From Octopus sinensis (taxonomy: Eukaryota): a DNA stretch of 64,000 bases. How positions within the stretch are numbered: position 1 is the first letter of the stretch; each line of letters opens with the position of its first letter. The translations under genes were made by a program, and so were the position numbers. This document shows positions 38,621-53,720 of this stretch, one piece after another. The stretch covers positions 94,240,001 to 94,304,000 of the forward strand of contig NC_042997.1 in the NCBI RefSeq assembly GCF_006345805.1. Reading direction: 5' to 3'. A model generated the notes under the pieces. The model did no database searches. It was not told where the DNA came from and saw nothing but the letters and a program-made list of their open reading frames with translations.

Positions 38621-39086
38621 AACCCAAAACCCCGCTCCGTGTTCTCATGAATATTTAACCTACCAAACATTAAGACACTGTTTTCTTTTCATGAAAGCCT
38701 TAACTAATATCGTACTTGTTAAATTGTTCAATGCATATATACTATGTGTGCGTGCGTGTGTATAATATATTTTATTTTGGTTATGACTTGGCTGAAGATA
38801 ATGTGCACTAACAGGTAGTACTCACAGTAGCAAGACGACCGAAAGAAAATATATTATTAATCACTACTAATATAGTGGGTACTCCTTTTCCCAATGTTTA
38901 ACATTAAATGGATATATAAATATGTACATACATACATACATCCATACATACATACCTATCTATCTATTTACCTATCTGTATATATATATATATACTTACA
39001 TATATGTATATGTATATGTATACATACATATATGTATATACATATGTATATGTATATGTATATGTATACATACATATATGTATATG

Positions 39087-39173
<87 letters not shown>

Positions 39174-40299
39174 ATACACGTACTAATATATATACATGAA
39201 ACATGTAACTAAATAAGGAAGCATCTGTGTTGTCGAGTGACCTATTAGAAAAGTCAGTTAAATGTTATGCCACTGTGTTACAAAATTTAACATCTTGTAT
39301 GACATCATTGCTTTTAATATAAGCCAAAAGCCTGTGATTTATGAGATTATATTTACCTCGTCATTTAAGAGAAACTTTATTACGTTACGCTGCTGTGGAG
39401 GAAAAGCAAAGTTGGTCGTTGCATGATTTGAGCTTCGAACAAACTCATAGAAATGGAAAAACTCACTGATTTCATTCTGTTTTGACGCATTAAGTATTCC
39501 CAATTCACGCTCCCACTCCATTTGCCTGACAATAGATATCAAAATAACGAGATGACTTGGACCTAAATGCTTTTGCTCGAGCAATACTGACATGAAGGTA
39601 AATAAACAACACCTTATAACACATACGAATAAATGAAAATGTGTTAGGTTAAAAAGATAAGAAATATATCATTGCCCCTATCCAAATACTTAACGATGAA
39701 GAAAAGTTATAAATGGTACATGCATGTTTCAATATATAATTTCCTAGAAGTGTATATATTACCATTCCTGTCAGACGGTAATTCACATTTAAAAAGGAAT
39801 AACCAGAATTTAATTTATATCGGGCACTTAATGCCAAAAACCGTTTTTTACTTTGCGATATTTATCTCTGTTATGTGACGGGAAATGTAAAATTCTTGGA
39901 ATTTTCTGTGTGAGTGTAAGACATCATTCTAACTCAGCAGTAAATATGTAATTTATCTTTACGCAAGTAGATTTCTAAAAGTCATGTTGGCTTATTGATT
40001 TAAAGTGTGAATAGATTGATATAAAAGTACGATTATTGTTTCTAAGTGATTCTCTGCAGGAAAATTGTAAATACAACTTCATCATGATAATAAATCCTTT
40101 CAAATGTAAATATATACATACATATGTCAATATAAGTCAATATAATATAATGATATTCACATCAACATGATGAAAGATGTTGCGTTAGACAATCATTTCA
40201 TGGACCAAAATGCCACCAGTTAGCTTTATATATGGGCTGTAGACAGCAGAATTTCGAAACTGCCAAATAATTTTAATATTTACAAAGATAAAATTATAG

Positions 40300-40720
40300 T
40301 TTTGGCCCTGAACAAAATGTTTAGTATTTCGTCTGTCTTTCGTTCTGAGTTCAAATTCTGCCTTTTATTCTTTCGTGATCGTTAAATTAAATACTAGTTA
40401 AGCACTTGAGTTGATGTAATCAAATTACCCTGGTCCCGAAATTGCTGGCCTTGTACCAAAATATGGAACAGGCATTGAGCCGGCAGAATTGTTAGCATAT
40501 CGGGCAAAATGCTTAGCGGCATTTCGTCTGTCTTTTCTGTCTTAGCGTAATTTTGTCTGTTCTTGGTACAAATTGCGTCGAGGTCGATTTGGCCTTCCAA
40601 CGTCTTCGAGAGGTGTCAATAAAAATGACTAACAATCGAGCACTGGGGTCGGTTTAATCGATTTAGCCCCTCCCCCGAAATTGCTGGCCTTGTGCCAAAA
40701 TTTGAAACAAATATTTAATA
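40300..40720 (+). mobile_element. Head-to-tail pair of family A SINEs
   Basis: Two successive bodies, each ending CCCGAAATTGCTGGCCTTGT.CCAAAAT. Confidence 0.75.
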
Positions 40721-40763
40721 AGCTGCACAAGATTCAAATGTTCATTTAAAATCCATTTAAATT

Positions 40764-40865
<102 letters not shown>

Positions 40866-40897
40866 ATCTATCTATCTATCTATCTATCTATCTACCT

Positions 40898-41783
<886 letters not shown>

Positions 41784-41847
41784 AATATCTATGAGTGTGC
41801 GTACATATCTATATATGTGAGCGTGTGTCTATATGCGCATGTATATG

Positions 41848-41900
<53 letters not shown>

Positions 41901-42610
41901 GTAAAATTTAGGACAATCAGTAAGTTGTCATATTAGTACTCGGTGTTTCAAATGCCGGAGCTAAGAGCTACGATACATTCTCATCGGCTGTTAAAGGAAC
42001 AGAAGCTATGGAAAACCGTTGAATAAAAGGGAAGTTACTCTAATAGGTAGAAAAATTATAAAACATAAAAAATACACGCAACCATATTCTCACAATACAT
42101 AGACATAAAACCTCCAGTGTTTATATCGTCTACATACGTACACACTCACACAAACATGTATATATACATGCACATACGCACACAAACATATATGTGCATG
42201 TACTTATACATATACGCATATCCACACACACACACAGCTATAAGATTTACTAGAAGATCTTGGCCAAGTGTAAACCTTATGACAACGGTAGTTGTTATGT
42301 ATATACACATGTTTGTGTGAGTGTGTACGTATGTAGACTTTATGAATGCTGGAGGATTTATGTCTACCTATTGTGAGAATATGTTTGCGTGTATTTTTTT
42401 ATCTTTTATATTAATTATTTAATTACTAGAGTAAATTCCATTTTATTCAACCGTTTTTCATCGCGTCTATTGCTATTAATAGCTGATGAGAATGCATGCA
42501 TCGCAGCTCTTAGCTTCGGTATTTGAAACTCCGAGTATTATTATGATAATTTACTGTTTGTCCTAAACTATACATATATGAATAATCCTCTATTTACCTA
42601 ATATCAAGTA

Positions 42611-42733
42611 TTCTTCTTCTTCTTCTTCTTCTTCTTCTTCTTCTTCTTCTTCTTCTTCTTCTTCTTCTTCTTCTTCTTCTTCTTCTTCTTCTTCTTCTTC
42701 TTCTTCTTCTTCTTCTTCTTCTTCTTCTTCTTC
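42611..42733. repeat. Pure (TTC)41 microsatellite
   Basis: 123-bp uninterrupted run; explains the poly-E ORF. Confidence 0.97.
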
Positions 42734-43252
42734 TATATGTATGTATATATGTATGTATGTGTGTATGTGGCTGGGTGGGTGGGTGGGTGTGTATGTGTCC
42801 GAGCGTTGAATCTTAAAGAAAAGCTGAGGGAAATCGCATAAGTAACCAATCATATAGATCAAATCAGCAGTACAACGAAATACAATGCCAATCCCTTTAA
42901 AACGCTAACCACCTTAACAGTACAAGAATCACCATTCCACTACATCTACACATTGAAAGCAGTTTACCAACAGCCTCTCAGCAACAACACACCCCGATAA
43001 GCTCAGTGACTACTACTAAATTCATGCCGCGACAGACAGAGAAAATGCCCTTGAAGCCGAGGATTTTAAACTTACAGAGACAATATTTATATATTGCCTG
43101 AAGAAACACAACTAGATCTCATAATGCAGGGCAACATTTGCATTAGCAAGTACCTGCGCTTCTGGAGAACTACATTACCTGCAAACAATTGTAATGATGA
43201 AAAAATAAATGTCCAAACGTACCCCTTCTGGTTGACTCCAATCTTTTCAATG

Positions 43253-43352
43253 GACACCTTGGGCAAGTGTCTTCTACTATAGCCTCGGGCCGACCAAAGC
43301 CTTGTGAGTGGATTTGGTAGACGGAAACTGAAAGAAGCTCGTCGTATATATG

Positions 43353-43398
<46 letters not shown>

Positions 43399-43620
43399 AT
43401 ATATATGTATGTGTGTGCGTGTGTGTTTGTGTGTCTGTGTTTGTCCCCCTAGCATTTCTTGACAACCGATGCTGGTGTGTTTATGTCCCCGTCACTTAGC
43501 GGTTCGGCAAAAGTGACCGATAGAATAAGTCCCGGGGTCGAGTTGCTCGATTAAAGGTGATGCTCCAGCATGGCCGCAGTCAAATGACTGAAACAAATAA
43601 AAGAGTAAAAAGAGTAAAAG
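43253..43620 (+). mobile_element. SINE family B, 5'-truncated
   Basis: Starts at CACCTTGGGCAAGTGTCTTC; has the internal TA/TG microsatellite and standard tail. Confidence 0.85.
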
Positions 43621-43889
43621 AATATATATATATATATATATATATATATGCTGTTTTGTTTTTAATTTTCTCAAAATTTTGGATTATGATTTTAATACCA
43701 TCTTTGCAAATTTTATTATGAATATCTTTATACTATATACTTATAATCTCCCACATAAGCAATCACGTACATGCACTCAGACTCACGCGCGCACACACAC
43801 ACACACACACAGACACACACACACACGCCCATAATAATTAAAATTTTTGAGAGAAATATCATAGCAAAACAGATATTCATCATTCCTCA

Positions 43890-44090
43890 AAATAGTTCGA
43901 TTTAGCGTTAATCCTTTTATTTTGTCCGAGCATCCCCAGTTCATCTTCACGTGTTGTGTCGTGTTGTACCGCGCAGTTGGAAGTATGAGCAGCTATCCTG
44001 GAAACCATAACATGTGGCGAGATGTAATAACTATAGTAGGAGGCTGGAGGCTGGTGGCAGGTAAGTGGTGTCGGCGATAAATTGAGAGAG
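43890..44090 (-). pseudogene. Possible PLE GIY-YIG C-terminal relic
   Basis: HVMVSRIAAHTSN..REDELGMLGQNKRINAKSNYF loosely resembles the Neptune C-terminus (HLSV..R..EQ.L..LG...N). Confidence 0.35.
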
Positions 44091-44321
44091 GGGTGGGACG
44101 AAAGGTCCATTAAAAAGATCAAATAATCTCAAATGGCCTGCTGTTAACCCATTAATATTTATGAAAGGCTTTTGAAGCACTCTGCTAAATATAATTTTAC
44201 ATGTATATTCATTTTTGGGGGTTTTTTTTAGAATTCGTTTTCGAATTCTATATAAATACTATAATAGCATAACCAGAATTTTTCAGCCCTTTCTTTAGAT
44301 GCTATTGTTTATAGCTCTGTA

Positions 44322-44765
44322 AAAGGCGGCTAGCTGGCAGAATTGTTAGTCCACCTGGCGAAATGCTCAGCAGTATGTCGTCAGTCGCTATGCTGTGTTC
44401 AAATTTCGCCGAGGACGTTTGTGCCTTTCATCCTTTCGGAGTCGATAAAATAAGTACCAGTTGAACACTAGGGTAGATGTAATCGACTCATCCCCCAAGC
44501 TGCCCTCGTGGCAAAAATTTTCAATAATTATTTATAACGCTGTAAAAGACGGCGAGCTGACAGAATCGTTAGCAAACCGGGCAAAATACTTAGCAATATT
44601 TCGTCCATCTTCGCATTCTGAGTTCAAATGTTCAAATGCTGACGGAGTCGACTTTGCCCTTCATCATTTCGGGGACCATAAAATAAGTACCAGTTGAACA
44701 TTTGGGTCGATGTAATCGACATAACCCTTCTGAAACTGCTGGTCACGTGCCAAAGTTTGAGATGT
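44322..44765 (+). mobile_element. Head-to-tail pair of family A SINEs
   Basis: AAGGCGGCTAGCTGGCAGAA head at about 44322 and AAGACGGCGAGCTGACAGAA head at about 44546. Confidence 0.8.
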
Positions 44766-47700
44766 TTATTTATAGCTCTCTATATGTACTTTATATGAGT
44801 TTTTCCACTTTCACTTGAAAGTTTATAAATTGGTTTATAAATGTCAGCTATACATATATTCTCTTCAGCCATTTGACTGCGGTCATGTTGAAACATGTTG
44901 GTATGTTTACATCCCCATAACTTAGCACTTCGGCAAAAGGGAACGATGGAATAAATACCAGGCTTAAAAGACGCACTGGGGTCGATGATTCATTGTTCAA
45001 GTTGACCCAGCATGGCCACAGTCTAATGACTAAATCGAGTAAAAACTAAAAGATATATATATACATGTATAGTCACATATTCACAAAACCTACCTGCCTA
45101 TATATATATATAGGCAAGTAGGTATATGTATTTCGTGGGTATATAGCTATACATCTATATGTGGATGCATTTATGTGTATATATATATATATCTGTGTAA
45201 TGAATTGTTACCTTAATGTGTACCAAATGTAATCTCAGTCAGACTGATTGTCCATCTAAAAGTACATTCTCATTAATTTATTACCCTTGAGTGCAGCAGA
45301 ATATTCCAAGCTTAAGAATTAGTGAAATTGTACAGATGCAATATGATGAGATACCGTGCCCTTTCTAGCTAATATAATGTTAGTTAATTTATATTCCAAA
45401 AAACATATTTATCTCAGAAATTAACAGAGGTGTGAATAATGCGGCAATTATTGTTCTTTTATGCATCTTTTTGTTTCCTTTTGAAACGTGAATCATTAAA
45501 GCTTTTGGTATCCACTCTATGGCTTTTTTGTTGATTTGCTGGGCGGAAGCAGAAGAAGGAATTTTATAGCTGGTATGTATCATATTTCACGAGTCACGTT
45601 GAGATGATATTCAAAATTTATTCCGAAGAGAGTCGAGATCCCAATAATGCCAGCAGCGAAATTATCCTCAAATGAAATCTCAATGACTGAAAGATAAAAC
45701 AAACACGTTGAATAATGTTCTTTTAGATATATTATGTCTGAAATAAAAGATGTCCACTACAGGAAAATATTTCTTTATGGCTTTGGTTCATGAAGGCTAT
45801 CAAGAGATTATAAATAAACAATCCTAAATTGTTACTGGATATTTCTTCAGATATTTATCGATATCATTTTATAGAATAATATATATTATAATTAGCGTTT
45901 TGTTTTTCATATTTATGTCGTTTTGTTATCGTGAAACTAAACGAAGTAAGGCATGCGTATGTGGTGATGAAGATCGTTTCGCATCTTCGTGGTTCCACGT
46001 TCCACCCTAGTGCGTGGTAACTTATGTGTCTGTTTTCTGTAGTATGGTTAGATCTTGCGAGTTAAATTTATTAGATCGCAATTTTAGTACACACACGAAC
46101 ACACACTCGCGCGTACACACACACACGTACATATTTATGTAAATATGTTTGTGTATCCAGCCCTGGCATATGGTCTACTGTAGTTTAACACGTGGTAGCC
46201 AAATAACCATATAAGAATTGTTAAATGCACGCGAGGAGACTTTTACCCGAATTATACTAAACTAGTGGGACTCGTTGAAATTTCGCAGAACGAAAAAGAT
46301 TAAGAGAAGTTATTCAAGAAAGAAAGGATAATTTGCATTTTTATTTTCATTTTGCTAAGTTATTTCACTTCTAGTCACAATAATATATGACCTAAGAATT
46401 CCCTCTGTTAAGCATTTTATATTCCTCTCTTTCTCTCTGCCTCTTCAACAAACTTTTAACCATGTAATTCCTGTCTTCAAGTCTTCTTCATATCTCATTT
46501 CAGTTCTCATTTCTCTTCACCTCTCATTTCCACTAACTACATGACTGACTGCATAACGCATTGGCTGGCTATCTGCTCGCCCACTCTTACAATCCATCCC
46601 ACTCTCCCTCACTCCACTCCTCATCCTTTCTAACAAACTAAAGCGTAAAGGGAGAAGAATATTAGAGATTTAGTTCAATAAAATAAATACTTTTCACTAT
46701 CAACACAGCACCACCACCGCCGCCGCTGCCGCCGCCACCACCACTGCCACCACCATCATCACTATAGCTTTCAATAACAAAGCTCATTTCAGTTCAGCTG
46801 TTTTTCTATATCTACTTTTTTGTTGCCTCGATATATCTCTACTCTGAAAATACAAATGTTATCTGCCTCCCTCTCCCTGTTTTAATGTAACTGTCTTCTC
46901 TGTCCAACTCTCTCTGTCTGCCTTTCCTTAACCTCACCACGCGAACATCACCTTCTATTAAATATTGTATCCTAAACATACCACTTTCTCTTTACCTTTC
47001 CTTCCCCACTCTACAGCACGTCGTTAACACTTCTCCCTCCTTCTTTTCTCTCACTGTCTTTTCCCACGCCCTTCGCCTCTTCCTTCAACTAAACACGTGA
47101 CGCAGTTGGCCTTATAGTGTAATAATACAAACTGTCTTTGTCTACTTTTGCCTCTCATCTCTACTCACTCACTTTTTACTCTACCTTTCACTCTCTCCAT
47201 CTCCACTAATTAAAATATAATGTATGAACAAACAAGCAGATTACAATATATATATATATGTATATATATAACACGGACGTACACACTATCTATCTTTTAT
47301 TACTCCGTTCAAGTGAAAAATTCTATGTTTATGGTTTTGTTTCAAACGTTTTATACGTTCCAGCCCTAAGACTGTGGCTATGCTGGAGCACAGACAATTG
47401 TTCACTGGTTTGTATTTGTTGACTGGTTTTTATGTTGGTACCTCTTAATTAGTTTAATTTTACAATTTGGTGTTCATATTTCTTGTGTTAGTTAACGATG
47501 TGGAGTGTTTTTAGTGTGCATTTTAGCTCTAAATGTATCTGTTAACGTAGTTTGCCAAGATAGGTTATAGATGCTTTTTATTCGTTTTATTTTTAAATGG
47601 AATTGTGTTTCCCTCTTGTTTATCGCTAAAACTAATAAAGAGCGATTTTAGTGTAAATGACATTTTGTTTGAGTGATTCAGGTGTAACTCTTAGAAAGAT

Positions 47701-47943
47701 ATTGTAAGGGATTTTAGTTTCTTTCAATGTGAGCATGCTTTTGAATTCTAAGTCTTTGCGTGTTTGTTTGCTGGTGTGTGTTCCTGTGTGTCTGAATAAT
47801 CTGCTGATTTTCATGTGAGTCTTAGAGTATACCTATGTCGTGGCTCCTGTTACAGCTGAGCGTTTGGAATTTCATTTTGGCTTGTGGTGACCAAATCGAA
47901 TTTATTTTGGTCTACGATCTATAAAGTATACTACATATTTCAA

Positions 47944-48727
47944 TAGGCGCATGCATGGCAGTGTGGTAAGAAATTTAATTCTGAACCATCTTGTTTCGGG
48001 TTCAGTCCCACTGTGTAGCTCCTTAACCGAAAGTGTTGTATTGTAGCAACCAAAATCTTATGAGTGAATTTGGTACGCAAGAAATGGAAGAAGCCCATCA
48101 TATATATATATATATATACATATATATATAAGTGCATGAATGTATGTATGTATGTATGTAGGTATTATGCTGTATGTATGTTATGTGTGTGCGTGTCACT
48201 GTGTTTGTGTTTGTCCCCACAAAAGCTTGACAAGCAGTGTCGATTTATTTACGTCGCAGTAACTTACTGGCCCGGCCAAAACACCGGTAGAACAGGTATC
48301 AGACATAAATAGAAAATTATGTAGTGCAAGTGTGACTATAGGCACAGGAGTGACTGTGTGGTAAGTGGCTTACTTGCCAACTTCATGCTCCCAGATACAG
48401 TCCCATTGCGTTGCACCTTGGGTAAGTGTCTTCTACAATAGCCTCGGGCCGACCAAAGCTTTGTGAGTAGATTTGGTAGACGGAAACTGAAAGAAGCCCG
48501 TCGTATATGTGTGTGTGTGTTTGTGTATCTGCGTTTGTCCCCCTACTGTCGCTTGACAACCGATGCTCGTGTGTTTACGTTCCCGTAACCGAGGGGTTCA
48601 GCAAAGGTGACAGATAGAAAAAGTACTAGGTTTACAAAGAATAAGTACTGGGGTCGATTTGTTCGACTAAAGGCACTGCTCCAGCATGGCCGGAGTCAAA
48701 TGACTGAAACAAATAAAAGAATAAAAG
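47944..48727 (+). mobile_element. Two adjacent family B SINEs (about 47944-48305 and 48342-48727)
   Basis: Two heads (AGGCGCATGCATGGCAGTGTGG; AGGCACAGGAGTGACTGTGTGG) with matching bodies. Confidence 0.82.
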
Positions 48728-49184
48728 TCGATTTGTTCAACTTGACCCTTCATGGAGAAATAAGTTATATTAAATCTCTGAGCCAGATGTAAACAGTAGC
48801 AATACGGAATCGTAACATATAATTGCCAACCAAGTATGGCTTCTTATACGGGACAGTGATACTCAAGTTTATAGCCCCAGGAAGATATCTCTTCCAGCTG
48901 GCTAACAACACACATTCTGTATCAGATTAGTCCTTCATGGTGGTAGTTCAGCATGGCTACAGTCCAATGACCGAGACAAGGAAAATATATACATATGTAT
49001 ATAAAGACACGTATATGTAAAAAAAAATGTTTTTTTAATTGTAATTCTCTCCCTCTCTCTTTCTCACTTTCTCTCCTGTCTGTTTGCCTCTCTGTCTGTC
49101 TCTCTCTCTCTGTCTCTCTTTTTCTCTCCCCCTCTCTCTATCTATCCTTGTATATATATATATATGTATGTATGTATGTATATA

Positions 49185-49220
<36 letters not shown>

Positions 49221-49238
49221 TGTATGTATGTATGTATG

Positions 49239-49313
<75 letters not shown>

Positions 49314-50244
49314 TAGATGTATAATTAATTATGTTGGCTGTAATAGCATCACTTTTCGCCAAATAAAACCTATTTGATAAGATGAGATCGATAAAATAAG
49401 TGTTACGGGTTCAATATTAACAACTTAAAATATTGGAAGTATAGTTCCAGCATGATCGTAGTCCAATAACTGAAAAGAGAAGAAGAGGAAAAGAATAAGT
49501 AAATATATAAGTGTTATTTCTTGCGTGTGTATATTAATACAATACATCTTGTACAAACATAGTAAGCGTGCCAGACGCTACTGAAATCCTTTTACTATAT
49601 GTTATTGATGTGTTGTTAGTAATACCTCAAGTGCTAGAAATATGGTTATTAACCTCTCTTAACAGAATAAACAAACTCAAGGCTTAAAACGTAATTATCA
49701 TTTGATGTACTCCAGATCCAGAAGTACCTACTACATCATTGGTAGTAATGATTCCATTTCATTGTCATTCGTTTGTAGACCAATGGTTCGGTAGACCAAT
49801 GGGTAATTTGTTTTACTTTAGAGACTGAAACCGGTTCTCTTATATTGAGACACAACACGTATCAAGTGGTCTTCTACACAGGCAATTCCAAACCTCACCT
49901 ATTCACACAGTATTATCCTACAAAAACTGTTGATGGAAAAACTAATTCCGATCATCCTCTAGATAATATTGGTTTTTACTTATATCAAAATGGATGCTAA
50001 AACAGAGTAGCTTTTCATAGTTCTCACAAAAGAGAGATATAACCAACAATAATACGTAGCATTATCTCTAATGATAGATTAAGAAATATTAAAGTTTTGT
50101 ATACAAAAAGCGTGAGCGGGGAAGTCCTTCGTGTCAAGAGGATTGCACTCTACCCTTTTAAAGTGGACACAAATAACTAATAAATGCAGACATGTCTCAC
50201 TCACTAACACCATTCTTCTTTGATCATTACTCCAGCAGTGTGTG

Positions 50245-50276
<32 letters not shown>

Positions 50277-50322
50277 TAGATAGATAGATAGATGGTCTGA
50301 AATAGTAATGCTGTAACATTCG

Positions 50323-50358
<36 letters not shown>

Positions 50359-50360
50359 AC

Positions 50361-50423
<63 letters not shown>

Positions 50424-50435
50424 ATATATATATGC

Positions 50436-50494
<59 letters not shown>

Positions 50495-50788
50495 ATATAT
50501 AATGTACGTATCTGTACATGTATGATGTGTTTTTTTCTTGGGAGTGAATGCTTTTATAAGTGGGCGGTCATCAGCTACAATTACTATTCTCTTTAGCAGA
50601 TCTCATGATGTGATAATGAGGGAGAGAGTGTGACAGGATAGAATAGTGGGAGAAGAGGAGGTAAAAGAATATGAGAGAAAGAGAGAAAAACGAAAGAGTA
50701 AAAAGATCGTATAGAGTGCGCATCAAAATTATTAAGATTAAACTTACTTGGAAGAGGATGCGTGGAGTTCAATCATATAATAATAATA

Positions 50789-50836
<48 letters not shown>

Positions 50837-50914
50837 TAATAATAATAATGATACACACACACACACATGTATATGCATATATACATACGTATATGTATAT
50901 ACTTACATCTATAC

Positions 50915-50952
<38 letters not shown>

Positions 50953-50954
50953 GT

Positions 50955-51100
50955 GGGCAGAGGACATTATGAAACGTGTACAACAAAAAAGAAAAAAATA
51001 CAAAGTACGAGTACATGGAATATGAACTATTTTTTCGAACAACGAAAGACACAAATGGAAATCAAGACAAACAACATAAAGAACGATCCTTCATCAATAT
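50955..51100. repeat. Diverged relative of the 34-kb palindrome arm, between TA tracts
   Basis: Its reverse complement TGATGAAGG..TTGTCTTG..TTTCGTTGTT..AAAAAAT.GT.C..TTCCATG aligns to 34222-34300. Confidence 0.6.
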
Positions 51101-51247
51101 ATATATATAACCACATATGTATAAAAGCATATACACACACTACTCACGCATGTGCACATATATGCATATTCGAAATTTGATACTCGGTGTAGTATCGATA
51201 GTAAAGCAGTGTGATTCCATTTCTTTCCCTTATTACCAACATGCATT

Positions 51248-51460
51248 AAGTCAGCGAACTTGCAGAATCGTCAGCACGCAGAATGCTTAGCGGCATTTCA
51301 TCGGTCTTTACGCTGTGATTCCAAATTCCATCGTGGTCGGCTTTACTTTTCATTCTTTCGAGATCGATAAAATAGAAACCAGTTGAGTACTGTTGTCGAT
51401 GTAATCGACTTACCCGTTGCCCCGAACTAGCTGGCCTTGTGCCAAAGCTTGAAACCATTA
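51248..51460 (+). mobile_element. SINE family A
   Basis: GCGAACTTGCAGAATCG..ATGCTTAGCGGCATTTC..GATGTAATCGACTTACCC..GCTGGCCTTGTGCCAAA. Confidence 0.8.
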
Positions 51461-51750
51461 GCTATATGTATTAATGCTTATATCTATGTCTTCACACATA
51501 GACATTTACTCAGTCGTTATCTCTCTCACATACAAAGATGTGTATACAAGTAAAAAATGGAGACGGCAGAGATTCGGTTTTTCTATGAACTGAATATTCT
51601 GCTTTTGAATTAACGTTTAAATGCTGAGTATTCCAGTAGCACGCTTAACGAAATTGTCAGGTAGAATTAGCCTGATACTATATGTGTTATAAGCTTGCAC
51701 CATTTTTATTATAGGCATAACAGTATAATCGAACGGGCTTCTATACAGTT

Positions 51751-51817
<67 letters not shown>

Positions 51818-52420
51818 GCCCTCGTCAACAATAGATGGCGGTATGCCCTAAATAAAGCAATTAAAGCAGAATCGGCTAGGCACAGTAAGGCCCTAGCATT
51901 AGATCGAAATAGAATAGATTGAGACCTAGTTAAAAAATTAGAAGAGACACTTAAAACTGGCATCACATCCAACATACTGGCGGCGAGGTTGGCCCTAGAC
52001 CAAGACTTCAACGCCAAACACGAAAGATGCGTTGTGAGAGCTAGGATGCGTGGTCTGAGGAACGAAGGAGTTGGAACCGCCCGAGAGGCCCGAGTGCAAT
52101 GAGGTAACAAAGCCACCATTAGGTCTCTGATAGTCGAGCAGGGGTGCGAATTACTCGAGCCTGAAAGGATGTGTGAGGCCTTTCAACAACACTTTGCCCG
52201 ACTGTTCGGTACAACTGATGGATGAGAACGCAGAGTGAACTTTAGTGCCTACCTGCAAAGCCTGCCACGACTCACGGCAAGAGAGGCGGAGTGTTGTGAA
52301 AGACTCTTCACAGCTGCGGAAGGGTGAATGTAGCAAGATGGTACGCACGAATGACGAAATCACTTTGAGCATGATCCGGGAAATCGAAGAGAGAGAGAGA
52401 GAGGGGGGAGGGAGAGATAG

Positions 52421-52466
<46 letters not shown>

Positions 52467-52656
52467 CACCTTGCTCTCATGTGTTACCGTGCACTTTTCC
52501 GTAGGCTTTTCTTTCCACGGATAAACCTAATCTGTTTTTTACATTTATGATATTTTCTGTGATACACAACCCGTTTTGATCACTTTTTTTTACACGTTCC
52601 CTTTTGATCAGCATTATTTTTTTTGTCATTTTCGAAAAGAAAAGCTCTACACTGTA
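51818..52656 (+). mobile_element. Internally deleted, more diverged copy of the Tx1-clade LINE after (TCTA)n
   Basis: Homologous to 16158-16670, joined at 52320/52321 to the homolog of about 18705 onward; (TCTA)n at 51751-51817; (GA)(GATA) tract at about 52386-52466. Confidence 0.88.
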
Positions 52657-53339
52657 TTGAAACTTATCTATGTTGTTCGTTCAAATGCCAACACATTGAA
52701 ATCTAGCGTAAGTGGCCGAGAATGTAATATATGTTTCTACATTTAAGGAATGAGCATGGGAGAGCGTAGGAAAGACCGTACATTTATAGTAAAAATCCAA
52801 GCGCAGGATGGCATGAAGTGGGATAGAACTCAAGACCATAATTTAAGAGGGGACGACTTCACTCTCTCTCTTTCTCTCTCTCTCTCTCTTTATATAAATA
52901 TGTGTGTGTGTGTATGCATGTGTGTGAATGTGTGCGTGCGTGTTTCTGTGAATTCGCGAATTCAAAAACCGATGCATACGGGTATATTAATATTTACGCT
53001 TCACTGAGCGCGCAGAACAGTACTGCTCAGAGATGCATGTCATAGATCACACACTCAAGGAAGCGTAAGAACACCGTGTCATATTCAAACTTGGAATCAT
53101 GGCAGTGAAGGGTTTAAGTTGAAGTTTTTCGGTCTGCTTCGTCACTCCTTTTATTTTAGCATTTCATGCTTTAACCTTCGGTTATACTCCAGCCTTCATT
53201 TTCCCTCTAACTCATGAGACTATTTTTTGTGTTGTTGTCTTCAATTCTCTCCTTTCTTTCCTCCCTCCTCCCTAGCCTTACCACTTTCTCTCTTACATTA
53301 CTTCATTCCTAAGCATTTACATACGGACTCACACATGGA

Positions 53340-53720
53340 AGCACACCGTCGGTTACGACGATGAGGGTTCCGGTTGATCCGAATCAACGGAACAGCCTGC
53401 TCGTGAAATTAACGTGTAAGTGGCTGAGCACTCCACAGACACGTGCACCCTTAACGTAGTTCTCGGGGATATTCAGCGTGACACAGAGAGTGACAAGGCC
53501 GGCCCCTTGAAATACAGGTACAACAGAAACAGTAAGTAAGAGGGAGAGAAAGTTGTGGTGAAAGAGTACAGCAGGGATCACCACCATCCCCTGCCGGAGC
53601 CTCGTGGAACTTTTAGGTGTTTTCGCTCAATAAACACTCACAACGCCCGGTCTGGGAATCGAAACCGCGATCCTATGACCGCGAGTCCGCTGCCCTAACC
53701 ACTGGGCCATTGCGCCTCCA
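53340..53720 (-). mobile_element. tRNA-headed SINE, family C variant
   Basis: Reverse strand GGAGGCGCAATGGCCCAGTGGTTAGGGCAGCGG...GGTTTCGATTCCCAGACC. Confidence 0.8.
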
